Under the pieces are notes generated by a model, which searched no databases, was not told where the DNA came from, and was given only the letters and a program-made list of their open reading frames with translations. From NCBI GenBank assembly GCA_964234715.1, contig OZ174275.1: 64,000 bases of DNA, one strand, 5' to 3'. The position numbers and the translations under genes were made by a program. This document shows, piece by piece, positions 50,801-59,917 of this stretch. Source of the stretch: Podarcis melisellensis. Taxonomy: Eukaryota. The first letter of the stretch is position 1; every line of letters starts with the position of its first letter.

Positions 50801-53800
50801 CCTGACCACTGGTCCTGCCTAGCTAGGAATGTAGGGAGTTGCAGTCCCAACAACAGCTGGAGACCCAAGTTTGAGAAGCACTGGCCTACACCTTGGCTTT
50901 TTATTGCTAATGCAAAGGTTTGTTCGCTGGAGAATAGTGGCAAAGGTGGTGTGATTTATATATATGAGATCTTAGAATTCCTGTGACATGCTCATAGTCA
51001 AACTTTTGGGTCTGGTTTGTTCAGGAGCATTCTTCTGTCTGGAAAAGTTCAGAACAGCCCTCTGAGAGCCCACAGCCCCGTGTTCCAGGAGTCGAGAGAG
51101 AGGCTGAAAATGATTCCTATCTCCAATGCCTTCATTCCGTAAGTCCTCTGGGAAGGGAGTATTCTTAAGGCAGGGAAACAGCAGGAAGATTGCATAGAGA
51201 TTAAGTCTAGGAAAGAATAAAACAGCTCAGCATTTGAGTGGCTCACTCAGTTAATCCTAGCAATTTCTAGCCAGGTTAGTCATTTTGCTTGTCTGCCAGA
51301 AGCCCAGGAACAATTAGTATGGTTTATTTATTCACAGTCTAAACAATCAATACCAGAGGAACAGAACTCAACCTCTTAGTGGAGTGCTTCCTCTGGGACA
51401 CTGTTGCGGTCCATCCAGCCCCATAACAGTGTTACCATCCTATTTATAACACAAAATCAATACGAGAAATAATTTTTAAAGGCATTATAAATTCAGTTTT
51501 GCATTTCTTCACAGCCTTTTCAGTTGTGGCACCCAGAATTTGGAGCAACCTTCCATCACTGTATGCTTTAAGAAAAACAATGAAAATAGTTTTATTTCTG
51601 TGAGTTTTTTCTGGGAAATTGTTCTTTTTCATGGATTCCACCACATCTACTGCTCTGAAATTTGATTGTAGCTACTCCTGGATTTTTGTTTATTAGCCAC
51701 CTTTATTCAGAAAATTGGATAAAAAGCCTTAGGAATAAAGTAAAATCTTAAACTCCCTCAGCTTTCTGAAGAGGACCAGTATTGTTTCAGCTGTAGCCCT
51801 GCACTACTTAGTAAAGGGCAATATCTAAAGATAAAAGATTGTGGTGGTGTGCTTCAGGGCATATTAGAATTGCTTCATTCTAGCTGCATCATTGCTTACT
51901 TCCATGGAAACCAATATGCTAATGAAGAGTCTTCGTATCTTTACTAATTGAGTTCTCTCATACATTCACTGAATACTCTTCTCATGGCTTATGGTTGAAA
52001 TTATAACCAACTCTGCTGTGTCCCTAATTTGCTCATTTTTTTTGTTTTGTTTTGTTTCTAAACCATTAGTCCTTTATTTAATAACATGGTCCTTGCTGAG
52101 TTTGCAAAAGGCAAAGGGTTCCTCTCTGTCCTCCCCTTCCTCCTGCCTTTTTACTGAGTGATACAAATTTTTACACCCTGTAAACCAAAGAACGGTCACA
52201 TCTGAGGTTTCACTGCTGGGAGGAAAAGAATCATTTGCGCATAAGAAGGAATGAAATGATTGAATGCGAGAGAATGTAAAAATACAGTATCAGTTAAGAC
52301 AGTTGTATGAAACCACGGCGATTATCAGTCTTTTCATGACTTCATATGTTAAATAGATCTCTGAAAGCATTGTTGCCATATAGATTGTCCTTTTTGCATG
52401 TGCCTGAGAGTGGACAGAGCTTTTGGCATCCACTTATCTGGCCATTACTTGGATTCCTGTAAAGGAGTGTGTGCTGAATACTCTGGAATAATGTCTTTTT
52501 GCAGCCATCTGTCCACAGCACAATGCATTTTAGGGGGCTTGCCTTAGGCAGCAGGTGCTAAGATGCTGTCGTTCACATGACAAAAGACTTCAAAGGCACC
52601 CTTTGCTCCCAGGCAATAATCTTTTCTTTGCCATGAGGCACAGTGATCATTTGTCATGTCTTCAGATTGTTTGTGAAGAGCAACACTGGTTATTTTGCAC
52701 ATGCTGTGCATGATGGTGGACGTGTTTTCATCTTGCAGGAATGAATTAAATGAGGATAATGCTGCCTCTAGCCCTGAGGATTCTTTGAGTCCTCCTAATC
52801 TGGCTCCTACAGAGGAGGCTGCTATTGTAAAGGTATGTTGTATCATTGTGGGGACTAGTGGGTTTTCCTGCGCGAGTCAGTTACAATTGCAGCACAGAAG
52901 AGTAGGGGCTGCATACAAAACACTTAGTTGTGCATTGAAACATGCAGCAACATTCCTTTTCTAACGGCAGTGTTTCTTGATTCACGCAGAGACTTTGGCT
53001 TTGTTCAGGTATACCACTTATCCATAGCTAAACATTACTGTGTGTATGAACTGTATGCACTCTCCTTCTCGTCTCTCTCTTATTCAGGGAAAGCCGCAAG
53101 AAGATTGGGTGCGTCTACTTCTGCTTCTAGCTAACTGCAGGTTATTATGTATGAAATCCGGGACATACCATGGTTTGTGTTATCTATGGTTTATTGAAAC
53201 AAGTCAACTTCAGATTGTAGCAGTTTTGACTTACTTGTTTCAGTAAACCACAGCACTAATCATCGAAGTTCCAATCTCCTCCTCTTGGCTGTGCCAAGGG
53301 AAGAGGGTTCAAGCCCAATGCTCATGCAAGAAACTCATAAGAACATAAGAAGAGCCTGCTGGATCAGACCAAAGTCCCATCTAGTCCAGCATTCTGTTCT
53401 TACAGTGGCCACCCATATGTGTATCAGCAGCCCACAAGCAGGAATGTAGCATAACAGCACTCTCTACACTTGCAATCCCCAGCAAAGAGAGGCATATTGT
53501 ATTCTGACAGTGGAGATGGAAACAATAGCTATTGTGGCTATTAACCATTGGTACCTTTATCCTCCAGTGATTTACCAAAACGTTTTAAGCCATCCAAGTT
53601 GGCGGCCATCTCTTCCTCTTGTGGGAGCAGATTCCATAGTTTAGTTGTGCACTGCGTGATGTTTAAAATTACGGACAAACTAGGATTTTGAAAGCCTTCC
53701 ATAAAAGTCACTATTCTCTCAAACTGAAGAGCTTGTGTATAGGAAACCTTCTTTACATGTGGTTTGAGCTTCCCATTGCCTGCAGTTTAGGGTAGCAACA

Positions 53801-56754
53801 GTGGGATTCTTTGCTACTGTATTTTATTGTTTCAATGGCATAATGAAAAGTGTATTCTTGTATACCAAACCAACATATAAGAGGAAAAGATTCACAAACT
53901 TCATCCTCACAACTTGCAGCTTTTTCAAAAGTGGATGAGATAGTAGCGGGGGAAACCAGCAGTTCCACCCGGTGACAGATTGTAATTTAATTAACTTGTG
54001 TTTTGCAGAACTCTCCAGAGGACTTAGAGATTTTGTTAACATCACAGGCAGAGAATCTAATTGACTTTACAGAAGCCATGCCTCGGGTAAGAGTGGAAAT
54101 TAAATGGAACTCAATGATTTCATTGTGCTGTTGATAATTTTAGAAGGAAAACATGATTGATTTATGCTTCCATCATTTGCACACAAGGCATCTGTAGTTC
54201 CAGTTGATACTTGTCTAAGCTGGTTTCTCATGTAATAATTCTCTTCTAAGTGAGCCTTTGGGCTAGTTGAGTTACATTAGAATCCTGTACTACATGTGCA
54301 TGCAAGCAAAATTCTGGACTGCCTGCAAGTCCTGCCTAGGCAGTAATTTTTTTCCTGCCAGCCCATGACCCTCCTTTCTTACTGGTATCTTTAAAACCTT
54401 CCTTTGTGCCAAACAAGTATCTGACAGAACAAAATGCCTACACGTGGTGAATGTTAAGAGAGCCGTTGAGAATTACATTACATGCAAACCAATGGAAGGA
54501 ATGAGTCGCACTGCAGCTAGGTGGTTTTGGAATAATTTTCTGATAAGAGCTTGCTTCATTTTAAGAAATCTGGTACAACTATTCTGTGATTAGTACTTAG
54601 AGTAGAACCCACTCTCCTGATTCTCCGTGAGTGGAGAAACAAGCCACCTGTCTGCTCTCTTGGCTTCCCTGGGCTCCTTTGGAGAATAGGGTGCCACCAT
54701 TCATTCATTCATTCATTCATTTCCTTTTCCGCTATGGATTCCACCATGGTTAGTCTCTTCAATCTCAGTGATATATAGAGAACACGGCTACCTCTTGGGA
54801 TAGCCTTTCATCTAGCCCTAGGCGTTTTGAGGAGGGGGTACCAGTGATACTGCCTGTGCTGCTGTTCAGCTATGTGATCTCTTTGATGTAATGAGGTGAT
54901 ATAAGAGAGGGGAGAGCAGTGGAGAGCCTCAGGAGAGCAATAGCCAAACACTTCCTATGTCTTTCTGTGTTTCTAATATCATTTTTGCTTCTGGGTTTTA
55001 GGTGTCTTCACCACCAACAGTTTTGCCCAGGTGGTTGGTGCCAGTAAGTATATTCACTAATTCTTAAAAGTGACATATATGCTTTTAGTTTTAAGCATGC
55101 ATTCAGGTGATTGTTTTAAAAATAACTCACGTCTAACCAATAGTAACAGTAACTGAACAGTATAAGAAGTGTGCATGCACACGAAAGCTCATACCAAGAA
55201 CTGACTTAGTTGGTCTTTAAGGTGCTACTGGAAGGATTTTTTTTGTTTTGACTATGGCAGACCAACACGGCTACCTATCTGTAACTGAACAGTATATTTT
55301 AACCTGAATCGTGGAAGTCCCTTTTAAAAAAAGAAAAGGCTTTACTATGGTTCTGTGCAATAAATTTCTCAAAACCCATCACTTATATTGCATAGCACTG
55401 AAGAGTAAAAACTGCTTTTGCCATTCTCGTTTCATCAGTGTTTCCTTTTAGTGTTTGTGACAGTTATGGTGCCTTGGGAGCCTAGCTCTACTCCAAAGCA
55501 GCTGTGCTGTCTCTATATTCAGGGTTTTCCTTCTAAAGTAGATGCTAGGGCAGTGGCAGGCAAGAGACAGGGACATTTCATCATCATGAGAGGACAACAT
55601 CTGATGATATGGGCAGCTCCTCTTACTCATCTTCACGATGCTGTCTTCTTCAGTGACCAGAAATAACCCTTCCTGGCAAGTTCAGTATTTCCTTCCCCTG
55701 CCCTCCACCCTTGCAAATTGCCTCCATGACTTTTGTCATCCAGAGTTTGGAAATAAGCCCAGCTGGGAAAACAAAAACAAGGTTGGGGCACTTAGCCTTC
55801 TTCTAGCCCATCGGTTCACCTCTGTAAGCATCTCCTTGTAACTGCAGTATCTTGACAAACACATTTTTGGGACCATGTACTTGAGGAAATACATGGACCA
55901 GGTTGCTTTGTGTGACTTTACTGACCTTCCTTTGGTTTTTGTTCTGTAGAGCGGACTGGTTTCCAATGGGCCTTTAGGGAATGATGTTGCCTTAGCTCTT
56001 AAGGCAGTGAAAGGCAGCACTGAGGCACTGACCATCTCTGCTGGCTCACCACCTCCACTTTACTTGCCCGAAATCATGCCCAGGTAAGTCTTTTCTCCTT
56101 GCTCCTACATTGGGTTAAGGGAATGCTATGCTACTTGAATTCTAATTTGAATTTTATTTTATTCCATGTTGGGGGGGGGGGGTTACTAGTCCAGTTCTCC
56201 TATTAAGCACTGGGAAGCACAATAATATGTTGCAATTCACTATTCTTTTACCAAGCGACTTTTACCAGTGGCTTTCTGTCAGTCTTTGGGGCTCAAATTT
56301 GTCAGTCTATGTAACTGCTGCTGCATTTCAAAGAAATGCATGTACTACTGGGGCATTTTGTCAGAAGTGAGCATTGTAGGCATTCCGCTTATCAGCATAT
56401 GCACTTCACTGCAGATACTAGTAAAGTTTTATCAATGTTGGCTGTATGTAGCAAAGATGATTCTACTAATAGCGGACAGCTCTTAATTTGATCATTACAA
56501 TATTTACCCTTGGTGTTTCCCATGTAAAATAACACTGCATTGGCTCTGATAGATATGAATTACCTTACCTCGTTTGGAATTGTTTCCTCTCCCATCAGAT
56601 TATTGAATTGGCTGAGTTCATTCAGTTGCAGGACTCTTCTGAGTAGGACCCTCCCCTTAAATCTCCCACACAGATTGTGTGTTGCTTTCATTTCAGCCCT
56701 GCTGCAGAAGATGTTACAACAAGGCCGAAATGTTTACTTACCACTGAACTCTGA
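8935..56754 (+). CDS. EPB41L5: Band 4.1-like protein 5, long isoform (24 coding exons, 2196 nt, 731 aa): join(8935-9114,13690-13794,18341-18383,20104-20182,21090-21134,21869-21921,24735-24855,25380-25467,26385-26473,27069-27138,28570-28739,29917-30023,30890-30917,32194-32236,32502-32617,43250-43422,43803-43891,48127-48255,49382-49443,52739-52832,54009-54086,55002-55043,55950-56083,56697-56754)
   Basis: Manual splicing gives one continuous ORF with matching phases and GT-AG introns. N-terminus [38 protein letters not shown], the FERM domain, FA region and C-terminal KCLLTTEL match vertebrate EPB41L5 as I recall it. Confidence 0.97.
9245..9419 (+). mobile_element. L2-type LINE ORF2 C-terminal fragment
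   Basis: Degenerate coding of SRLDYCN.L..G.P...QLVQN..ARLL. Confidence 0.65.
9420..9645. mobile_element. MITE family A, copy 3 (226 bp)
   Basis: Same TIRs; one 16-bp subterminal unit shorter than copies 1-2. Confidence 0.92.
10410..10726. mobile_element. Chimeric Tc1/mariner-type element: left end of family B joined to one end of family A
   Basis: TA-CCGTATTTTTCGCTCTATAAGA left end; 10682-10726 is the family A terminus ...GAGGTACCACTG-TA. Confidence 0.75.
10810..11035. mobile_element. MITE family A, copy 4 (226 bp)
   Basis: TA-flanked, same TIRs. Confidence 0.92.
11043..11346. mobile_element. hAT-type MITE
   Basis: TIRs CAGGCACGTCCAAC / GTTGGACATGCCTG; reconstructed 8-bp TSD ctatagag/ctatagat. 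Confidence 0.8.
11791..11848. repeat. (TC)n microsatellite
   Basis: Direct reading. Confidence 0.95.
12015..12370 (-). mobile_element. Old L2-like LINE 3' fragment
   Basis: Resembles reptile L2 3' regions from memory; degenerate. Confidence 0.45.
13690..13794 (+). CDS. EPB41L5: EPB41L5 exon 3 ([35 protein letters not shown])
   Basis: ttcag|...|gtgagt; FERM F1 lobe. Confidence 0.97.
14376..14602. mobile_element. hAT-type MITE (227 bp)
   Basis: TIRs CAGGGGTGGGGA / TCCCCACCCCTG and perfect 8-bp TSD CTTTAAGG. Confidence 0.9.
18341..18383 (+). CDS. EPB41L5: EPB41L5 exon 4 ([14 protein letters not shown])
   Basis: tttcag|...|gtaagt; conserved FERM WLD motif. Confidence 0.97.
18677..19480 (-). 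mobile_element. Young CpG-rich retroelement-derived insert (solo-LTR-like or DIRS/Ngaro-like)
   Basis: Abrupt GC/CpG-rich 0.8-kb block in an AT-rich intron; TGTGG(18677)...CCACA(19446); minus-strand AATAAAGTTGTGGCC; no clear TSD. Confidence 0.6.
20104..20182 (+). CDS. EPB41L5: EPB41L5 exon 5 ([27 protein letters not shown])
   Basis: tgtag|...|gtacgt. Confidence 0.97.
21090..21134 (+). CDS. EPB41L5: EPB41L5 exon 6 ([15 protein letters not shown])
   Basis: aatag|...|gtaagt. Confidence 0.97.
21399..21448. mobile_element. Ultra-short (50 bp) hAT MITE
   Basis: Perfect 14-bp TIRs CAGTGGTTCTCAAA/TTTGAGAACCACTG; TSD acctaaag/gcctaaag. Confidence 0.85.
21869..21921 (+). CDS. EPB41L5: EPB41L5 exon 7 ([17 protein letters not shown])
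   Basis: ttgcag|...|gtgagc. Confidence 0.96.
22980..23244 (+). mobile_element. Degenerate, 3'-truncated Sauria SINE
   Basis: tRNA-like head (GTTCGAATCC) and GTGCAAGTAGATAAATAGGTAC core shared with the copies at 45975 and 62381. Confidence 0.85.
24735..24855 (+). CDS. EPB41L5: EPB41L5 exon 8 ([41 protein letters not shown])
   Basis: ttccag|...|gtaaaa; FERM F2 lobe. Confidence 0.97.
25380..25467 (+). CDS. EPB41L5: EPB41L5 exon 9 ([29 protein letters not shown])
   Basis: ttcag|...|gtaagt. Confidence 0.97.
26385..26473 (+). CDS. EPB41L5: EPB41L5 exon 10 ([30 protein letters not shown])
   Basis: cttag|...|gtaagc; FERM F3 lobe. Confidence 0.97.
27069..27138 (+). CDS. EPB41L5: EPB41L5 exon 11 ([23 protein letters not shown])
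   Basis: ttgcag|...|gtagaa. Confidence 0.97.
28570..28739 (+). CDS. EPB41L5: EPB41L5 exon 12 ([57 protein letters not shown])
   Basis: C12-aag|...|gtcagc; FERM C-terminal helix and start of FA region. Confidence 0.97.
29917..30023 (+). CDS. EPB41L5: EPB41L5 exon 13 ([35 protein letters not shown])
   Basis: tctag|...|gtagct; FERM-adjacent domain. Confidence 0.97.
30890..30917 (+). CDS. EPB41L5: EPB41L5 exon 14, 28 nt ([10 protein letters not shown])
   Basis: ttacag|...|gtaaga; needed to keep the frame between exons 13 and 15. Confidence 0.92.
32194..32236 (+). CDS. EPB41L5: EPB41L5 exon 15 ([14 protein letters not shown])
   Basis: tttcag|...|gtaagt. Confidence 0.93.
32502..32617 (+). CDS. 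EPB41L5: EPB41L5 exon 16, last exon shared by both isoforms (NWSAMPALP...[18 protein letters not shown])
   Basis: ttcaag|...TG|gtgcgt; VEIENLP.SPG motif. Confidence 0.94.
38420..38606 (+). CDS. EPB41L5: EPB41L5 alternative terminal exon of the short isoform ([19 protein letters not shown]...RNVKNAG...SVTDL*; 507 aa total)
   Basis: TACTAAC branch point 38381-38387, acceptor atccag 38419, phase matches exon 16. DCCQRGG and DFV..NVKNAG resemble the mammalian short-isoform tail as I recall it. Confidence 0.9.
39045..39056 (+). terminator. Poly(A) signal of the short EPB41L5 isoform (ATTAAA-AATAAA)
   Basis: Tandem ATTAAA (39045) and AATAAA (39051) about 440 nt after the stop, followed by a GU/U-rich stretch (~39090-39130). 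Confidence 0.6.
43250..43422 (+). CDS. EPB41L5: EPB41L5 exon 17 ([17 protein letters not shown]...DKADPV)
   Basis: atgtag|...|gtaagg; first exon specific to the long isoform. Confidence 0.93.
43803..43891 (+). CDS. EPB41L5: EPB41L5 exon 18 ([30 protein letters not shown])
   Basis: gagcag|...|gtactg; frame-consistent. Confidence 0.9.
45975..46340 (-). mobile_element. Full-length Sauria SINE
   Basis: 5' GGGACGCAGGTGGCGCTGTGG (A box), GGTTCGAATCCC (B box), (ACCTTT)n tail, 15-bp TSD cttatgtacaaaata/ctaatgtacaaaata. Confidence 0.95.
47514..47740 (-). mobile_element. tRNA-derived MIR/CORE-like SINE (Squam3-like)
   Basis: Shares GTGACTGGCC.AAGATCACCCAGTGAG.TTCATGGCTGAG with the 563-748 copy. Confidence 0.75.
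48127..48255 (+). CDS. EPB41L5: EPB41L5 exon 19 ([18 protein letters not shown]...[18 protein letters not shown])
   Basis: tgtag|CAG (NAGNAG)...|gtaagt; conserved [11 protein letters not shown] motif. Confidence 0.95.
49382..49443 (+). CDS. EPB41L5: EPB41L5 exon 20 ([20 protein letters not shown])
   Basis: tttcag|...|gtatag. Confidence 0.92.
50746..50883. mobile_element. Palindromic hAT-type MITE (138 bp)
   Basis: Arms are near reverse complements (CAGTGTTTCCCAAA..TGGGTCTCCAGCTG / CAGCTGGAGACCCA..TTTGAGAAGCACTG); TSD gcctaaag/gcctacac. Confidence 0.85.
52739..52832 (+). CDS. EPB41L5: EPB41L5 exon 21 ([32 protein letters not shown])
   Basis: ttgcag|...|gtatgt; frame-consistent. Confidence 0.9.
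53088..53108 (+). CDS. EPB41L5: Candidate 21-nt alternative microexon of EPB41L5 (GKPQEDW)
   Basis: Strong AG-free pyrimidine tract + ttcag, donor TGG|gtgcgt, phase 0/0 matching the flanking exons, no stop codon. Confidence 0.55.
53336..53660 (-). mobile_element. CR1 LINE 3' end
   Basis: CATAAGAACATAAGAA octamer tail and typical CR1 3' UTR. Confidence 0.85.
54009..54086 (+). CDS. EPB41L5: EPB41L5 exon 22 ([26 protein letters not shown])
   Basis: ttgcag|...|gtaaga; ENLID motif. Confidence 0.92.
55002..55043 (+). CDS. EPB41L5: EPB41L5 exon 23 ([14 protein letters not shown])
   Basis: tttag|...|gtaagt; PRW.VP motif. Confidence 0.93.
55165..55280 (+). mobile_element. 5'-truncated Penelope-like element terminus (116 bp)
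   Basis: 16-bp direct repeat GTAACTGAACAGTATA (55149-55164, 55281-55296); interior TTAGTTGGTCTTTAAGGTGCTACTGGA...CAGACCAACACGGCTACC resembles reptile Penelope repeats from memory. Confidence 0.8.
55950..56083 (+). CDS. EPB41L5: EPB41L5 exon 24 ([17 protein letters not shown]...[11 protein letters not shown])
   Basis: ctgtag|...|gtaagt. Confidence 0.92.
56697..56754 (+). CDS. EPB41L5: EPB41L5 terminal coding exon ([19 protein letters not shown]), class I PDZ-binding end
   Basis: tttcag|, TGA 56752-56754; KCLLTTEL C-terminus. Confidence 0.96.
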
Positions 56755-57895
56755 GCTTTGACAGAGTCTCATCTTCCTAGCATCTGCAACGTGCTCCTGG
56801 AATGGACTTAACCTGGAATTGACCCATGCTCAGACCATGGTTAAAGCAAAATGCCTGGCAGTTTTACTGTGGATTCATGCAACTGGAAATCTAGTATGAA
56901 GAGCTGCTGGGAAGCCTGAGCACCTTTTGTAAAGTACACTGGAACACATTCTGACGCGTAATGAAATCTGCAAGGTTTCCATCCATAGCAGTGCTTTTGT
57001 CTATAAAGCTCTTTACTGCTTTAGGGGTGTAAATAAAGTCATCACTGTGATGAACGAGTTAGTAATGGGGAGGATAGGAACTTCTAAGGCCACCTGCTGG
57101 TTGTTGCTATAAAAAGCATGTAGTGCTAATGGTGTTTTTATAGAGCAAGCTCTTCTTTCTTAACATCTCCTTTGAATCTTCTTTTGTACTGATATCTGTC
57201 AAATGTTCTTGGCCTTAATCCACTTTCTAGACTTTGCACTTTTGCTCACCATGTATGAAAGAAACTGAATATGCAGCACCTCGATAGGTTACCCAACTGG
57301 CAGGTTCTGCTCTCTCTAGTCAAAGAGGCAAAGCAATTTTCTACCAAACACTTTTAGGCTACCATAGTGTGTGAGTGTAACTGTTCCACATTTTGTCCCA
57401 TTCTCTATAACATGTGTCTAAAATACTGCTAGTGTGTAAACTTCTGCTGAAGAAGAGCTTCAGAATGGAAAGGCATGTTCCCTTGCAGCTTTTCACTGGC
57501 TTCTGTTTGGAAAGTTCCTTCCAACGAAACTGAAAATTGTTTTAAGGTATGTTCTATGAACTTGTCAATAGCTGATTTCTGTACTATAAGTACAGACTAA
57601 TTAGAATTACTGCCTTTTTCCTATGTTCCACTACATTTTTTTTTCTTCAAATGAGGTTGCAATTGGCAGGTTTTACATCTTGATTTTCTAGTCTTGTTCA
57701 GACACATTCCAGTAGTTCACCTATCTTCTTCAAATTAGACCAAATTAGACTGGACATTTAGTGAAAGAGTCTCCCTCAGTATATTGAAGTGCTAATAGTT
57801 TTGGACCAGTGGGGAAATCTTTTTCTACTACAAACTCAGGGAAATTGCTGTTCATTGGTGGAACTATGTGAATCCCAAGTTTAACTCATGCTTAG

Positions 57896-57931
<36 letters not shown>

Positions 57932-59350
57932 TGGACCAGTTTCTCCATGGGCATTGAGAGCGAACAATAAAACTTGGTAGGACACAGTTATTGGTTAGGA
58001 CACGATTCTATTGTTAATGTTCAAAAAATAACTTTCTTTTGGTTTTCAAAAAAGACAAAAAATGTAGAAATGTGATCATCTTTATCTTCCCAAAATGGCT
58101 CTCAACTTGCTGCCCAGTTGGAAGGGTAGGTTAAAAGAATTGGAGCAAGTTCTCTAAACTTGATTTATTTAGTGTTGTATCTGTTTCAAGAAGCCATTTT
58201 ATGGTGCAAGAAACCTTCCTTATTTTGGGGGTGGGTTGACACAGGCTAATGAACCAATATACTATGAACAGCTTGATCACCCTTCCCTTTCCCCATTCTT
58301 TACTTGTTAATTGCTGCTTTTGAAATAAGAGCAGTTGCAATGCTTTTTATGTGTAGCATTGTGAGGACCAAGTTTCATGTTTAAAGTAGGCTCTGAGTGT
58401 AGATCTGAACATTTCACCTTTACCAGTAGCTGAACTCCTATGTGCAAGATGCATCAGATTAGCATTTGCCTTTGAGATATCCTTCATTACTATCAGCAAA
58501 CTGGAGAGGAAACTGCCTAAACTATTTCAAACAATCTGGAGGTAAAATCCAAATCACCTCATGAATTTTATCAGTAATTTTAACAGAAGTGTGTATTTTA
58601 GATGCTACAGTAATTATTTTTTAATATACCCCCGATTACAAGAGAGTGGAAGTAGAAGAAAGGTTAATCAACGGTTTGCTATCTAGAATGTTAGTGAAAC
58701 TTCATTGAGTTTCCTAGATTGCAGGTATAGCTAGTTTCTAAAATGTTGCATGTTAGGGTTGTTAGAGAATGATTACTTAACAACAAAATTTATGTTACTC
58801 TGTGTGATTTAGAGTCCTATGCAAGCCAAGCCAAAAACAAAGGAAAAATGGAGACATGCTCAGATGTAAGAAATTGTTCTCATTTCCACTACTGTAAAAT
58901 TCTGAGTTACTAGAAAGTCTTAGACTGCAATATTGCTGACCACTATAGCTATCAAATGTATTTTAAAAAATATATAGCCAAAATTGATTTATTCATTTGA
59001 CTGATGGAGGAATACTGTGCAAGACACAGATCTCACGATCTATATTTATATTTTATTTAACGGAGAACCTACATGTCTTGCAAAGTAGACAGTCTTTTTC
59101 CTAGAAACAAATGCCTATTCCTGTTCACAGTAAGAAACTGGGTGTGGTATATAGCCCTTGTTATTGCCATGCAGTTCATGATGAGATGTCATCAGTATTC
59201 AATGGTTGCGTTGTACAAAAGAAATAATGCTTATTGTGTCATGCAAACACTGTCATATGAAAGGTGCAGTTATCACAGAGGGAACTCAGTCTTTCATAAA
59301 TGCAATATGTGTCAGTGGAGATAAGCAGTAAAGTTGCTCACCTGAACATT
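56755..59350 (+). other. EPB41L5: Probable 3' UTR of the long EPB41L5 isoform (end uncertain)
   Basis: AU-rich, largely repeat-free sequence after the stop. Candidate signals AATAAA 57032 and 57966, and AGTAAA ~59327. Confidence 0.5.
57898..57930. repeat. Poly-T tract (33 nt) in the putative 3' UTR
   Basis: Direct reading. Confidence 0.95.
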
Positions 59351-59497
59351 TGGCTATAAGACACTGGCTTTAGGGGTTAATTAAGGTTGACGGCATATTT
59401 GCAGATTAATGTTACCTGATGTTAGAAGGATTGTGCTGGTTGAGAGCAACCACAATATTGAGAAATGCTTGGAAAGTAGCTTTCGTTCTGCCTATTG

Positions 59498-59579
59498 CAG
59501 GGGTGTGGAACCTGGTGCCCTTTAGATGTTGCTGGACTACAAGTGAGACATCTGAAGAGCCACAAATTCCCCAACCCTG
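59498..59579. mobile_element. Short hAT-type MITE remnant
   Basis: Imperfect TIRs CAGGGGTGTGGAA / TTCCCCAACCCTG. Confidence 0.65.
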
Positions 59580-59879
59580 ACCCAATGCGTGTAGAATTGT
59601 ACTTTTGTTTACAGCAACTGCTCATAAACTAGTTTATGGGCTGACCATGCTTAGAGTTCATACATTTACCAAATGGCAATCCTATCTACATGCTAAAGGA
59701 ATAAGTGCCAGCCTTGACCTCCAGCTCCCCAAACCAGTAATGTGTGAAGCAACAGCTTTAGATGGAGTCCTATACATGTGTAAAGCCAATGGAGAATCAT
59801 GCCTCTGTGTAGAGTCTGTAAACCACACATCTTGTATGTTACAGTACATGCACAGTAGAGTTTGTAAGGAAGCTCACTC

Positions 59880-59916
<37 letters not shown>
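59880..59916. repeat. (CTAT)n tetranucleotide microsatellite
   Basis: Direct reading. Confidence 0.95.
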
Positions 59917-59917
<1 letters not shown>

